This document shows, piece by piece, positions 19,922 through 29,358 of a stretch of 64,000 nt of DNA. Where the stretch lies: positions 32,001-96,000 of the forward strand of contig JBGSMD010000016.1 of NCBI GenBank assembly GCA_041740355.1. Direction: 5' to 3'. Under the pieces are notes generated by a model. That model did no database searches and was not told where the DNA came from. It was given only the letters and a program-made list of their open reading frames with translations. The DNA comes from Bdellovibrionota bacterium. Its GTDB lineage: Bacteria > Bdellovibrionota_C > UBA2361 > CALJRW01. Within the stretch, counting starts at the first letter, position 1; each line of letters opens with the position of its first letter. The position numbers were made by a program, and so were the translations under genes.

Positions 19922-21008
19922 ATCCTTGAACCTTTACTGTTGATGTTTCTTCGTTAAAACCGTTTGGGACTGTTTCCGTTACATCAGCGGAAATCCAAGC
20001 TCTAACACCATTAGGAGCTATTACTCTAAACCAAGCACCTTGTTTCTGTTCTACAACAAGACGAGAGCCTCCAGCAAGTTCCATTAATGGGGAGTGATTC
20101 ATACCAGGTCCTGTTCGAAGATTTGCTTTATCAACTGCTACTTTTACAACAGGCATATCTGAATTTTGTTCTGCTTCAGCATCATCAGCAATTTTATTAA
20201 CAGCAGGCGCTTCTTTCTTACTTTCGCGATCCATTGGTTTTAAGCCAAGGACTTTGCGATTTTGGTCTTCCAATATTGTTGAAAGTCTTTCTACTTCAGT
20301 TTCGGCCAGAAGTAATTGTAAATTTAACTTTTCAGACTGGCTTTCAAATTTTTGATTTAATTCAGCCTCAATTGTTTGATACCCTTGATTAGCAACTTTT
20401 AATTGAGAAATTTCATCTCCTTGACCCTTAACCTGCTCTGATAAAGTTTTAATTTGACTTTCAGATTGGTTAGTAAGTGAAATCTTCATTGCTTCTAATT
20501 CCTTAGCAAATTCACTTCTAATTTGAGCAATCTCTTGATCTTTTTTTAACAACTCTTCGTTTTTTTTAGCAATTGTTTGCTCAAGGTTGGTAATGTCTGA
20601 CTTAACTTTATCAGCTATTGAATTATTTTCAGTAGTCTTGTTTTTGGGAGTTTCAGTGTTTGTTTTTGCAACTACTGACTTAACAGTAATTTCTTGTTTT
20701 TTTTCTAATGGCTTGAGGGTCTTTTGTTCCACAGGTTTAACTGTCGTTGTTGGTTTCATTACTGCCAGTTGTTTTTTTTGAACTACTTCTGTTTTTGCCG
20801 TTCCAATTGGTGTCTTCGACTTAATTTGTCCAGATAAAGAACTCTCTAGAGCTTTTAATCTAGCTTCTGCTTGATCAAGCTCTTCCACATTTAAATTAAA
20901 ATCATAGGAAGCTTTAATCGCCTTATTGTCATTGTTGACTGGCGTATCAGCGAAAACGGAAACAGTTAATGCAAATGAAGGAATGATTAACCAAGATAAA
21001 TTTTTCAA
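19869..21008 (-). CDS. exported coiled-coil protein with C-terminal bacterial SH3 domain
   Basis: Signal peptide ending VFA; long coiled coil; ANLRTGPG...GAWFRV...AWISAD (SH3b). GGAGG RBS at 21016-21020 supports a start near 21008-21011. Confidence 0.8.
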   Translation of the reverse strand: MKNLSWLIIPSFALTVSVFADTPVNNDNKAIKASYDFNLNVEELDQAEARLKALESSLSGQIKSKTPIGTAKTEVVQKKQLAVMKPTTTVKPVEQKTLKPLEKKQEITVKSVVAKTNTETPKNKTTENNSIADKVKSDITNLEQTIAKKNEELLKKDQEIAQIRSEFAKELEAMKISLTNQSESQIKTLSEQVKGQGDEISQLKVANQGYQTIEAELNQKFESQSEKLNLQLLLAETEVERLSTILEDQNRKVLGLKPMDRESKKEAPAVNKIADDAEAEQNSDMPVVKVAVDKANLRTGPGMNHSPLMELAGGSRLVVEQKQGAWFRVIAPNGVRAWISADVTETVPNGFNEETSTVKVQGYDHDVEARALKLIKGNS

Positions 21009-21039
21009 CACAAAACCTCCAAATAAAGTGGGTATGACA

Positions 21040-21546
21040 TTAATCAGATTGATGATTTCGAAGACGGGCATCTCTTTCGCGCTCTAACATATCTTTAATT
21101 TCATATGGTGCGTCAATTCCTTGCAGAAAAACTTCATTCTCTGCTGAGGCGGCTGTCCCAATCTCGATTGCTCCAACATCTAACATTCTTTCAATGATTG
21201 TTTGATGTATATCAATCCCCCTGATATCTTCATATCGGACACGGTTAACTGTTTGCTTCATAGAAAGTCGTCCCGAACATGATTCAATACCACGATTATC
21301 TACTCGGTAGATGACATTATAAATCTTAAAGATGCAGGAAAATAAATAAGATACTGGAATTAGCCAGAGGATAGGTAAAGCCAGATAGACCTTGTACCCA
21401 TTAAGATTAAAGATATGTCCATGGAGAGTAAGGAAGGTGAATTTATTTGACAATATAATGCAACCAACTGATAATATTAGGAAAATTGCGATACTGCTGA
21501 CCTCGGAACGCCACACTTTATGAATAATAACCTCTGATTTAATCAT
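21040..21546 (-). CDS. membrane protein with bacterial PH (bPH_2/DUF304) domain
   Basis: Two TM helices followed by YRVDNRGI..GRLS..RYEDIRGIDIHQTIIERMLDVGAIEIGTAAS. Confidence 0.8.
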   Translation of the reverse strand: MIKSEVIIHKVWRSEVSSIAIFLILSVGCIILSNKFTFLTLHGHIFNLNGYKVYLALPILWLIPVSYLFSCIFKIYNVIYRVDNRGIESCSGRLSMKQTVNRVRYEDIRGIDIHQTIIERMLDVGAIEIGTAASAENEVFLQGIDAPYEIKDMLERERDARLRNHQSD

Positions 21547-21550
21547 TTTA

Positions 21551-21820
21551 TTAACGGAACATTTCTTCTAGATCTTTTAACGAGCTGCTTTTCGAGCCAT
21601 TATTATTTTTATTATTTGTTGAATCATTACGTGTATCTGAACGAGTTTCTGTTTTCGGAAGGAAGGGAGCCGTTTTCCCTTCTTTGACAAACTCAAATTT
21701 ACCACCAGAAAGCCTTAGAATAGTAAATGCAATCACTACCAGGATAATCGAAGTTAGGTGTAACTTGTTGGTAAAAGGACTAATTATGTTCTTTGTGCTG
21801 ATTAATGCCATATATAACAC
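21551..21820 (-). CDS. small bitopic membrane protein
   Basis: 89 aa with one TM helix; tightly packed upstream of the PH-domain gene. Confidence 0.6.
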   Translation of the reverse strand: MLYMALISTKNIISPFTNKLHLTSIILVVIAFTILRLSGGKFEFVKEGKTAPFLPKTETRSDTRNDSTNNKNNNGSKSSSLKDLEEMFR

Positions 21821-21932
21821 TCCAAATTTTAGGCTACTCCTGATTATGATAGCTCTAAATTTCTGCCGTAGATCTTAAAACATAGTTTAGATTAACCCGA
21901 GTAGGATTAAAATTCAAATATCTTTAGTTAAA

Positions 21933-22155
21933 TATAGAGATTCCAAAAAAGGATTTCCGTTAAGGAAATTACTTTTTGGTGTATACTATCCCCCGAAGTG
22001 AAAATAAAATCATATAGTTAAGACAAAAATCACAAAACTAACTTTTAAATATTCGGAAATTGCTTTTTGTCATAATTATAGTAAGTCCAAAAAGTAACTT
22101 CCTTTGGGAATTCCTTTTTGGGGCTTACTATCCCCCTGAGGGATAATAAAATCAT
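21933..22155 (+). repeat. TATAGT repeat family, tandem A-B-A array (full copy 21933-22080 plus half copy 22077-22155 sharing TATA)
   Basis: Direct sequence match to the 5963-6109 copy; the second module A begins in the terminal TATA of module B. Confidence 0.9.
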
Positions 22156-22250
22156 TCTTGGGTTTAGTATGATTACAAAATCAAAAAACCTAATATTCTT
22201 TAAGCAAATTAAACTTCCAGTCTTGAGCGGGAGTAGTTTTAAATAATTAG

Positions 22251-22547
22251 CTACTTTTCTTGTTCAATATCTTTAGGTTGCTCATATCTCCAGCGACCCT
22301 GGCGAATTTCCACAACCTCTTCGTGGGCAGGTCGATAGTAAATTCCTTCCGGATCGAGCCCAGGGGGGACTTTAATTACATCTACAATTGGGGGTTCCCA
22401 GACATATTCAACGGCACCGGGGTCTTTAATTGTAATTGTTTCAACTTTCTCTTTCTCGACAAAGACTGCTTCTTTCGTATACTTTGAAGAACAAGAAACA
22501 AAGCTAGTCAGAAGGACAAGCAAAGTGAAAAATTTTAATTTAGTCAT
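22251..22547 (-). CDS. small lipoprotein, TraV-like paralog
   Basis: Lipobox FVSC; VWEPP..PPGLDPEG..PAHEEVVEIRQGRW resembles the TraV C-terminal motif; directly after traC. Confidence 0.55.
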   Translation of the reverse strand: MTKLKFFTLLVLLTSFVSCSSKYTKEAVFVEKEKVETITIKDPGAVEYVWEPPIVDVIKVPPGLDPEGIYYRPAHEEVVEIRQGRWRYEQPKDIEQEK

Positions 22548-22572
22548 AAACTTATAAGTGTTAAATTCAAAT

Positions 22573-25311
22573 TTATTCCGTATCAAGTCTTTGCCAAGAA
22601 TCGGAGCGATCTAAGATATTTTTTTCTGGTTCCGGTTCCGTTTCCTCCGGAGTCGGGTTCATCACCATTTTTCCACGCACAGATTTGGCACCAAGGGGAG
22701 CCATTTTAATTGCTTGTAGAAAGGCTTGTACATGATCACCATTACAACGCTTAACCAAATCAGCATAGAATTGGTTATCATCACCATTGTTAGTGCTAGC
22801 CCAATAGAAAGATGCTTCTAATGGCAAGACTAAGGCTGACTCCCCAATATCTGATAGCAAGTAGAATTGCGATTCCAAACCCATAACAGTTTTTAGCTGA
22901 GTGATAACACTTGCTTGTTGCTCTGTTAGATTAAAAGCTTTCGCAGTTAAGTGAAATTTACTTGGATCCTGTTTTAAGAAAATTTTATGGGCCGAGTTTT
23001 GTACAATGGCCTGGCCACCTTCTCCCACATAAAAATCTTCTGCCGACTGAGATGCTGCAATTACCAGTCCTTTTCTTTTACGATAAAGACGAAAAGCTGT
23101 TTCAATAGTTTTAGCAGAAGTTTTACCAATTAGATCATGGGCCTCATCAAAGACAAGCAGCTTTCTGGTATCTAATTCATTTGGATCGTTCATTACTTCA
23201 TCGGCCCAAAGCATTGCTACTTTTAAAAATACACGTTGCAAATCAGGATTACGACTTAAGGATTTTAAGTCAAATACAATCAGTCTCTCTGTTAATTCTA
23301 AAGCGCCAGCACGGTCAAAAAAGTTTGAATAAATTCCATCACCATAATAATCGCTGATTAGAATTGAAACCCTTTGTCGGCGTAATGCTTCTTCCTCGTT
23401 TTCATCAACTTTTTTAGGAGCACGAAGAACGGAAATTACATCACTTAAAATTAACTCTCGACGTCGCGGGCCGTTATAATAAATTCGGTGAGCTTCAATA
23501 AGTGAATCTCTCACGGCGCTTCGGTCCAATCGATCAGGCTGGGTTGTGGCATCGGTTGCCATATCCAAGATAACATCAACTGCCATGTCAATTAAATCTT
23601 TATAATCTTCGTTGGAATTATCTCCGGGTGTTTTCCCCAGTCGAGAAAGGAAATTCATTGCTGGAGCTTTTGCTGGAGTTGCTTCGTAAATTTTACCACC
23701 AAAAATATGAGCCAAGCGTTCAAATCCACAAGGCTGACCGGTCATACCCTTGTCAAAGATAAAGGCGATTGGAGATTTATCAACAACTTCTCCATCAAGT
23801 TTATGAGAAAAATGTCCTCTCATTAATGTTATAATTAGGAAACAAAGTAGATATGATTTACCAGCACCAGAGACTCCGCTGATTAGAACGTTCGGTGCCA
23901 TGTTAGAATCATATAGATCAAATCCAACTAGTTCACGATTCCAAAGGCTTGGTAAAACGAATAAAGGATTCTTACTGCCATGCCAGTTGCCCCAAATAGG
24001 AAACAAGCGAACAGCCCGCGAGGAGCGCATCATGGTTGTCCAACCTTCGCCATCTGTAGTTGGATCATAGCAACCCGGCAGGGTATTTAACATTACACCC
24101 ATGTCGGAGATCAGGTGCGTCATTCCGCGTGCACCATTTAATTGAGGAAATCCAGCCACAGCTTCGGAGCTAGCACGGATTACTTCATCTGCGGTTTCAC
24201 AAACAAATGTTTGATGGACACCGACACGAACAATTTGTGAAGTATTGCTATAAAGTTCTTGTCTTGCAGCTCTAATTGTACCAATTTGTGTTTGAACTTT
24301 TTGGTTGGAGCGACCTCCGGGAGTTCTTAATCTTAGTCCCATAAAGCCATCAATCGCATCGAGTCTTTTAATTTGATCTTGAACAGAATCCTTAGAAAAT
24401 GTTACGGATAGTAAATTTTCATAGGGAGTAGATTGCATTGGTGTAATCATCAAAGGCAAGCATCTTTTAGGGGGCTTAACCATGGAAACAGTTCTAAAAT
24501 AACGGCCATCTTTTTTAATAATTCCATCTTCTGGGTGTTCCGCAGGGGTTTCTGAAATCTGATTTGCCAGTAGATCTAATGGGTCGTACAAGGGAACAGG
24601 GACTGCTGTATTTCTACCATGACGAGACTTTGAACCTTTGGTACTGCGGCGATTTAAGATTGGATACAACAGGTCAATTAAATCTTGGGCATGAAACATT
24701 TTCGGAGTCATGCCATTATCTCTAAATTTAACAATACTACCCTCGATGACCCCTCGAAATTTAGAAGCATAGCCTTGATACTCTTTACGACGCATTGTTG
24801 CGCTGACACCAACCTTACCCTTCAAAAGTAATTCCACTGTTCTTTGGATTTGTTGTTTAAGACCTATAGCTCTCCATGGGGGATCGTAACGAAAAGCCAC
24901 AATTAATCTTTGGTGTCTAGGTCGACGATGTAAAGCATGATTACGAGCTGAAGTTCTAATTGATTTTACCCAACGCCGAGCCATCCAACCAGCAACACCA
25001 GAAGTAGGAAAGGCGGTTAGAGATGAACGCAAAAGATTTTCAACATCAAAGGTTGTTGTCCAGATCATTTGCAGACTAATACTGGGTTCAAAGGAGTCAA
25101 CCATCTCTTGAATGCTATCAGAAATGTGAAATGCTTCATGATCGGAAACTGTTACCAGAATCTTTGGTGTTACCTCCCAAATTGACCAGAGTGAGGCATC
25201 AGAATTAATAAACACACCATTATCTTCATCATATTTGGAATAGGCCAAGAGCGAATTAAATAATGTTTCATCTTGATATAATCTATTTCTGGTAATTCTG
25301 TTGATGCTCAT
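22573..25311 (-). CDS. traC: TraC/VirB4 type IV secretion ATPase
   Basis: 912 aa; FDLYDS..NVLISGVSGAGKS (Walker A), FIFDKG, YSNFFD, VFDLKSL, LLVFDEAH (Walker B), RLYRKRKG..ASQS, NSAHKIFLKQ. Confidence 0.9.
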   Translation of the reverse strand: MSINRITRNRLYQDETLFNSLLAYSKYDEDNGVFINSDASLWSIWEVTPKILVTVSDHEAFHISDSIQEMVDSFEPSISLQMIWTTTFDVENLLRSSLTAFPTSGVAGWMARRWVKSIRTSARNHALHRRPRHQRLIVAFRYDPPWRAIGLKQQIQRTVELLLKGKVGVSATMRRKEYQGYASKFRGVIEGSIVKFRDNGMTPKMFHAQDLIDLLYPILNRRSTKGSKSRHGRNTAVPVPLYDPLDLLANQISETPAEHPEDGIIKKDGRYFRTVSMVKPPKRCLPLMITPMQSTPYENLLSVTFSKDSVQDQIKRLDAIDGFMGLRLRTPGGRSNQKVQTQIGTIRAARQELYSNTSQIVRVGVHQTFVCETADEVIRASSEAVAGFPQLNGARGMTHLISDMGVMLNTLPGCYDPTTDGEGWTTMMRSSRAVRLFPIWGNWHGSKNPLFVLPSLWNRELVGFDLYDSNMAPNVLISGVSGAGKSYLLCFLIITLMRGHFSHKLDGEVVDKSPIAFIFDKGMTGQPCGFERLAHIFGGKIYEATPAKAPAMNFLSRLGKTPGDNSNEDYKDLIDMAVDVILDMATDATTQPDRLDRSAVRDSLIEAHRIYYNGPRRRELILSDVISVLRAPKKVDENEEEALRRQRVSILISDYYGDGIYSNFFDRAGALELTERLIVFDLKSLSRNPDLQRVFLKVAMLWADEVMNDPNELDTRKLLVFDEAHDLIGKTSAKTIETAFRLYRKRKGLVIAASQSAEDFYVGEGGQAIVQNSAHKIFLKQDPSKFHLTAKAFNLTEQQASVITQLKTVMGLESQFYLLSDIGESALVLPLEASFYWASTNNGDDNQFYADLVKRCNGDHVQAFLQAIKMAPLGAKSVRGKMVMNPTPEETEPEPEKNILDRSDSWQRLDTE

Positions 25312-25314
25312 ATT

Positions 25315-25785
25315 TTACTTGGCAAATTGTGGAATAATTCGTTCTCCTGATAGCAAGCGAACTTCTCTATTAATCGAATCGATCATTACTTTAACATTAT
25401 TTTCTTGTTCGATTAAGTCCTTAAGTTCATAGGGAGTTAAAATTTTCGTTACAGCATACTTCCTCTCTCCTAAGCTTGGGGCACAGTAATAATGATACTT
25501 AAAAGAAGTTGCTAAAGCTTGGCCAACTTCACAAAGTGTGGCTTCAGGCAAATCATAATTAAAACGTTTAACAATTACTTTTTTACTGTGAAGACTGGGA
25601 AACTCTTTATATCCAGGGGAAGAGGAGCGCACATTGGCTACTGGGTAATAAACTGGTGGTGGTTTTGTCTGCGTATCTGCTACTGGATAGGGACGTTCAG
25701 GCAGTGGCTCAGCCGGATTAGTACTTGACGAACAGGCTAATATTCCTGTTGTAAGTGTTAAAAAAACTAGCATTTTCTGAAACAT
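25315..25785 (-). CDS. lipoprotein with DotD/secretin-N0-like domain
   Basis: Lipobox ILAC, Pro-rich tether, then TLCEVGQALATSFKYHY...ELKDLIEQENNVKVMIDSINREVRLL, resembling DotD/TraH-type N0 domains (by eye). Confidence 0.5.
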   Translation of the reverse strand: MFQKMLVFLTLTTGILACSSSTNPAEPLPERPYPVADTQTKPPPVYYPVANVRSSSPGYKEFPSLHSKKVIVKRFNYDLPEATLCEVGQALATSFKYHYYCAPSLGERKYAVTKILTPYELKDLIEQENNVKVMIDSINREVRLLSGERIIPQFAK

Positions 25786-25791
25786 TAATTT

Positions 25792-26220
25792 TTACTTTCT
25801 AATATAGGGCAAATTAGATGTGCTAGTTGCACCGTTGTTTAATTGTGATTCTAACTCAAAGGCATCTTGCAAATTCCAGCGTTCATCAAGAACTTTTAGA
25901 TAGTAATAATGCGCGGGAATTAAGTCACCATAAGAGTTAAGGTGATCGGGGATCCACATTAATCGAACCACGGCAGGCTTCATTACCGGATTTACTGGTT
26001 GCGGCGGAAGGGCAGCTTGATAACTACCAACTTGCTCCAAAACTTCTCGTGCTTGCTTGCCTTTATTATTATCCGGATTTAAGGCGTCATCATTAGCCTC
26101 ACCTTGGAGTGCCATATCAGAAGGTGGTTCATAAAAGGGATTTACAACTTTACCAATTGTGCCACAGGCTGAAAGCAAGCCTAGAAAAATACATAATACT
26201 ATTTTTAATTTCATAATCAT
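25792..26220 (-). CDS. traV: TraV outer-membrane lipoprotein (VirB7-like)
   Basis: Lipobox LSAC; PVMKPAVVRLMWIPDHLNSYGDLIPAHYYYLKVLDERW matches the TraV motif; follows traB. Confidence 0.8.
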   Translation of the reverse strand: MIMKLKIVLCIFLGLLSACGTIGKVVNPFYEPPSDMALQGEANDDALNPDNNKGKQAREVLEQVGSYQAALPPQPVNPVMKPAVVRLMWIPDHLNSYGDLIPAHYYYLKVLDERWNLQDAFELESQLNNGATSTSNLPYIRK

Positions 26221-26335
26221 TTAACCGTGATAGCAATTCCGTAAAGTAATCAACATACAAACTCTTTTGAAGTTTATTTAAAGATGATTACTGAACTTAT
26301 TTTTTGTAGACATCCAACTAAATTTACTATTTATA

Positions 26336-27478
26336 CTAATCTAAGGATGCAAATGTTAGATTAGGGTCTTCCATTGATTCAAACAAGCCATCAAGTTCGA
26401 CATTTTGAGAAAAAACAGCAGTTGCACTTCGACCTGAAAGAACTTTTACATGAGGGACTAACATTTTAGAACGTTCTTTAATATAACCACTCCAGTTAGA
26501 TCCAGCTTGAGAAACCCCACGACCAAGTCCATATTCTAAGGAGTCACCAGTAAGTGCTTGGCTAAATCCGCCCACGCCATTTGTTTGAGTACTAATTTGA
26601 GCCTGGGACATTCCTTGACCAACACCTGCAACGGTTCCGGCAATTAATTCTCCTGCTAAAACTTTACCAATTGGGTCAATTAGAATTCCTTCCATTCCCC
26701 GTATTCCATCCTCCCCAACAATCCAGCCATCAACATCGACAACTTTTCTTGAGCCATCAGGATAGCGCATACTCATTTTATTTAAACGAAAAAGAGCTCG
26801 CTGATCAATTAATGAACCAGTTGCCGCTGCTAAAATTCTTGCTTCACCCAAAGGAAGTACCGCACCATCAGGGCCAAGTACATCACTATCTAGTTGGAAC
26901 AAAACTGGATACGGATCACCATCAATCGGAGCATTGGCTCCGGCCAACAACTTTAAACGAACGGAGTCACCAGCCGCAATAAAAGCAATCTTGGCTGGTT
27001 CTGGCTTAACAGGAGGGGCAACTAATTCAGCACTATCTTCTTCCCAAATTGATTCTAAAGTGTTGGCGTCTAAATTTTCTGGTGTCACTGCAGCGGTGTT
27101 ATATCCTTTGACAGCTTCAGAAGATTCTTCCAAACCTCGAACACGCTCAATTACTTTGGCTAAGATTTTAGCAGTTTGTTCTTCTGTCTCAGCAGTTCGT
27201 TCCACGATTTTTTGCTTGTCAGCTTCCAATTCTTGAATACGACGTTCAAGTTCAGCTTTTTGATTTAAGTTGAATTCTAATAATTCACTACTAGCTTTAT
27301 CGGCGGAGGTTGCCCCAGCAGTTGAATCGATTTGATTAGCAGCAACGCCTCTACTTCGACGAGGTTTATTATCAGCAAAAGTACCAACTAAGATTACTAA
27401 GACCAGACCGACCAACAGAATCTGCCATTTACGGTCATTTTTAATTAATTGAACTAAATCATTAAGCTTCTGCTTCAT
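26336..27478 (-). CDS. traB: TraB/VirB10-like T4SS core protein
   Basis: N-terminal TM, coiled coil, then IAAGDSVRLKLLAGANAP..PYPVLF..ATGSL..RALFRL..GWIVGEDGIRGMEG (F-type TraB C-domain); GGAGG RBS before ATG 27478. Confidence 0.85.
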   Translation of the reverse strand: MKQKLNDLVQLIKNDRKWQILLVGLVLVILVGTFADNKPRRSRGVAANQIDSTAGATSADKASSELLEFNLNQKAELERRIQELEADKQKIVERTAETEEQTAKILAKVIERVRGLEESSEAVKGYNTAAVTPENLDANTLESIWEEDSAELVAPPVKPEPAKIAFIAAGDSVRLKLLAGANAPIDGDPYPVLFQLDSDVLGPDGAVLPLGEARILAAATGSLIDQRALFRLNKMSMRYPDGSRKVVDVDGWIVGEDGIRGMEGILIDPIGKVLAGELIAGTVAGVGQGMSQAQISTQTNGVGGFSQALTGDSLEYGLGRGVSQAGSNWSGYIKERSKMLVPHVKVLSGRSATAVFSQNVELDGLFESMEDPNLTFASLD

Positions 27479-27557
27479 TATAACCTCCAAAACCTGTTTT
27501 TGACGATTTAAAAGTAACTAAATCGAGAAACATAGGGAATTTCATTATTCCAGGAAC

Positions 27558-27663
27558 CTATCGGACTTTTTATCTAATATGCTTCAGACAAATAGATAGA
27601 TTTTCACGACCTTAATTTCTTAAATCTAAATATAACATCGGCCACTTCTTAAGCTTAACTTAA
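27558..27663 (-). promoter_or_regulatory. two sigma28-like promoter motifs in the traK-traB gap
   Basis: Minus strand TTAAG-N16-GCCGATGT (27663-27635) and TGAAG-N16-TCCGATAG (27586-27558); spacing is longer than the enteric consensus. Confidence 0.3.
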
Positions 27664-27904
27664 GTAAAAATATCAAAATATCTAAGTTTTTAAGGCCAAC
27701 AGCTTTAAAATCCTAATTTATGCTTTAAGGAATTATGTTTTAGGTTCCAAGTTCTCACAATAAAAATATTGAACTTTGAAACCTTGATTCGTGTGGTGCT
27801 AAAACAAAAGCTACGGCTATTATTCGCGTTTTTAGCTAGATAATAAACTAAACACTTACCATCTGCTTAATAAAATCTAAAAGATTTGGACAACAAATTT
27901 TTAG

Positions 27905-28687
27905 CTACTGAGCTTTGGTAATTACATAAACTTTGGCTCGGTGTGAACCGGCAAGTTGTTGTTCGCTAGTAAAGGGAGTAGGAGATAGCTCCCATCTCTC
28001 AGCCATAATCGCCTTTGTTCCATCAACACGAAAAGTAGCAGGATTGACTTGTTGATTACTGGAAAGCAAGTTTTCAACATTTAGGACATAGCCCCAAAGA
28101 TCCGCTCCCATATAGATTTGGTCAATTGTTGCCATCATAGTTCCATCGTTAAGGATTACTTCTCCGGCATGTTGATCGCTTGTGCGATAGCCTGGAATTT
28201 TCTTTTTGCCAAATTCAACAGCTAAGACTAATTCTTTCATCAAGCCACTGACCGAATTTGATTGAGCCTGTGGAAATTGCTTGCGATAATATTCAGGAAG
28301 TTCTTCTTCCTCGGGAATAATTGCCGCCATACCAGCGTTATCATTGATCGAGATAATATCATCTCTGGGGTTACTAGGGTCAGCTGGTTTAATTCGTAAG
28401 GAGTATGATTGTTCGTTTTCCAAAGTAACAATTAAGGCTTCACCGTTAGTACTAAGTTCTTCAGTTCCGAAAACAATTAATCTTTGTTCTTTCTTATCAA
28501 CAGTTAATGGAGCGCCTGTACGTTTAAAACCAGATTTAATTTCATTAGAAAAGTTAATTTGAGTGGGCTCACCGGGAGTTACGTAGATTGTAACCTCAGA
28601 ATTCTGATACTCAATCTCTCGAGCCATTGCGGAGCTGACAAAAATCAATAGCGAGGAAAGTGCTAAAACTAATTGGTTTATTTTCAT
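27905..28687 (-). CDS. traK: TraK/VirB9-like T4SS core protein
   Basis: Signal peptide AMA; PTQINF, LIVTLENEQSYSLRIKP, LMKEL..IPGY, YMGADLWGYVLNVEN..F, KVYVI (F-type TraK pattern); located between traE and traB. Confidence 0.8.
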   Translation of the reverse strand: MKINQLVLALSSLLIFVSSAMAREIEYQNSEVTIYVTPGEPTQINFSNEIKSGFKRTGAPLTVDKKEQRLIVFGTEELSTNGEALIVTLENEQSYSLRIKPADPSNPRDDIISINDNAGMAAIIPEEEELPEYYRKQFPQAQSNSVSGLMKELVLAVEFGKKKIPGYRTSDQHAGEVILNDGTMMATIDQIYMGADLWGYVLNVENLLSSNQQVNPATFRVDGTKAIMAERWELSPTPFTSEQQLAGSHRAKVYVITKAQ

Positions 28688-28689
28688 AG

Positions 28690-29358
28690 TTACCTAGATG
28701 TTGATAATTCTAAATTACTTACAACAATACCATATGGATTGAATATATTCCTTGGGACAGTTGTTAAGTATACCGTATGTTTGATTTCTTGTCCTTCATA
28801 TTCTTGACCAGCAATAAATCTTACTTGTTCACCAACAAATGTAACACGCACATTACTTTCGTCAATTGCTTCAAAAACAGTTTTTTCGACATCCGCGAAG
28901 TAGATCTGCGTGCGTTGAGTTTGAGTAATTAAATTTAACTCAGTTTTTAACATTTCCAGTTCAAAACGACCCAGCATTGGTTCGATTAGATACTTTGATG
29001 CTTCACTAAATTGGCGGCCAGCAATTTTATATTGGTATGTAGAAATAAGATTAACAAATTCATTTGCCACACTAATAAATTCACTTTGTGGTATTTCACC
29101 AGCAGGATAATAACCGGGCAAAGGTTTTGCTGGAACGTTTAAATTTACTTGTTGGTTGGAATAAAAGAAAATTGCAGATACAATCGAAACAAAAGTTACC
29201 AAGATTTGTAATAGGGCTAAACCTCTCCACAATAAAGCTTGTTCTCGATAGTTCTCCCAAACACGAACAGTATCATTTTCAGTTCGGGCCTCTCGAAACG
29301 AAGTGTCGTTGATGATCTGTTTGACCTGTTTTTGAATTTTCTGTGATGGTTTATTCAT
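28690..29358 (-). CDS. traE: TraE/VirB8-like T4SS inner-membrane protein
   Basis: Single TM followed by an NTF2-like domain ending NPYGIVV; position between traL and traK. Confidence 0.72.
   Translation of the reverse strand: MNKPSQKIQKQVKQIINDTSFREARTENDTVRVWENYREQALLWRGLALLQILVTFVSIVSAIFFYSNQQVNLNVPAKPLPGYYPAGEIPQSEFISVANEFVNLISTYQYKIAGRQFSEASKYLIEPMLGRFELEMLKTELNLITQTQRTQIYFADVEKTVFEAIDESNVRVTFVGEQVRFIAGQEYEGQEIKHTVYLTTVPRNIFNPYGIVVSNLELSTSR

Noticed and set aside
21933-22155. Possible CRISPR array
   Set aside because: The units are long hairpins of a dispersed family without unique spacers, and there are no cas genes.
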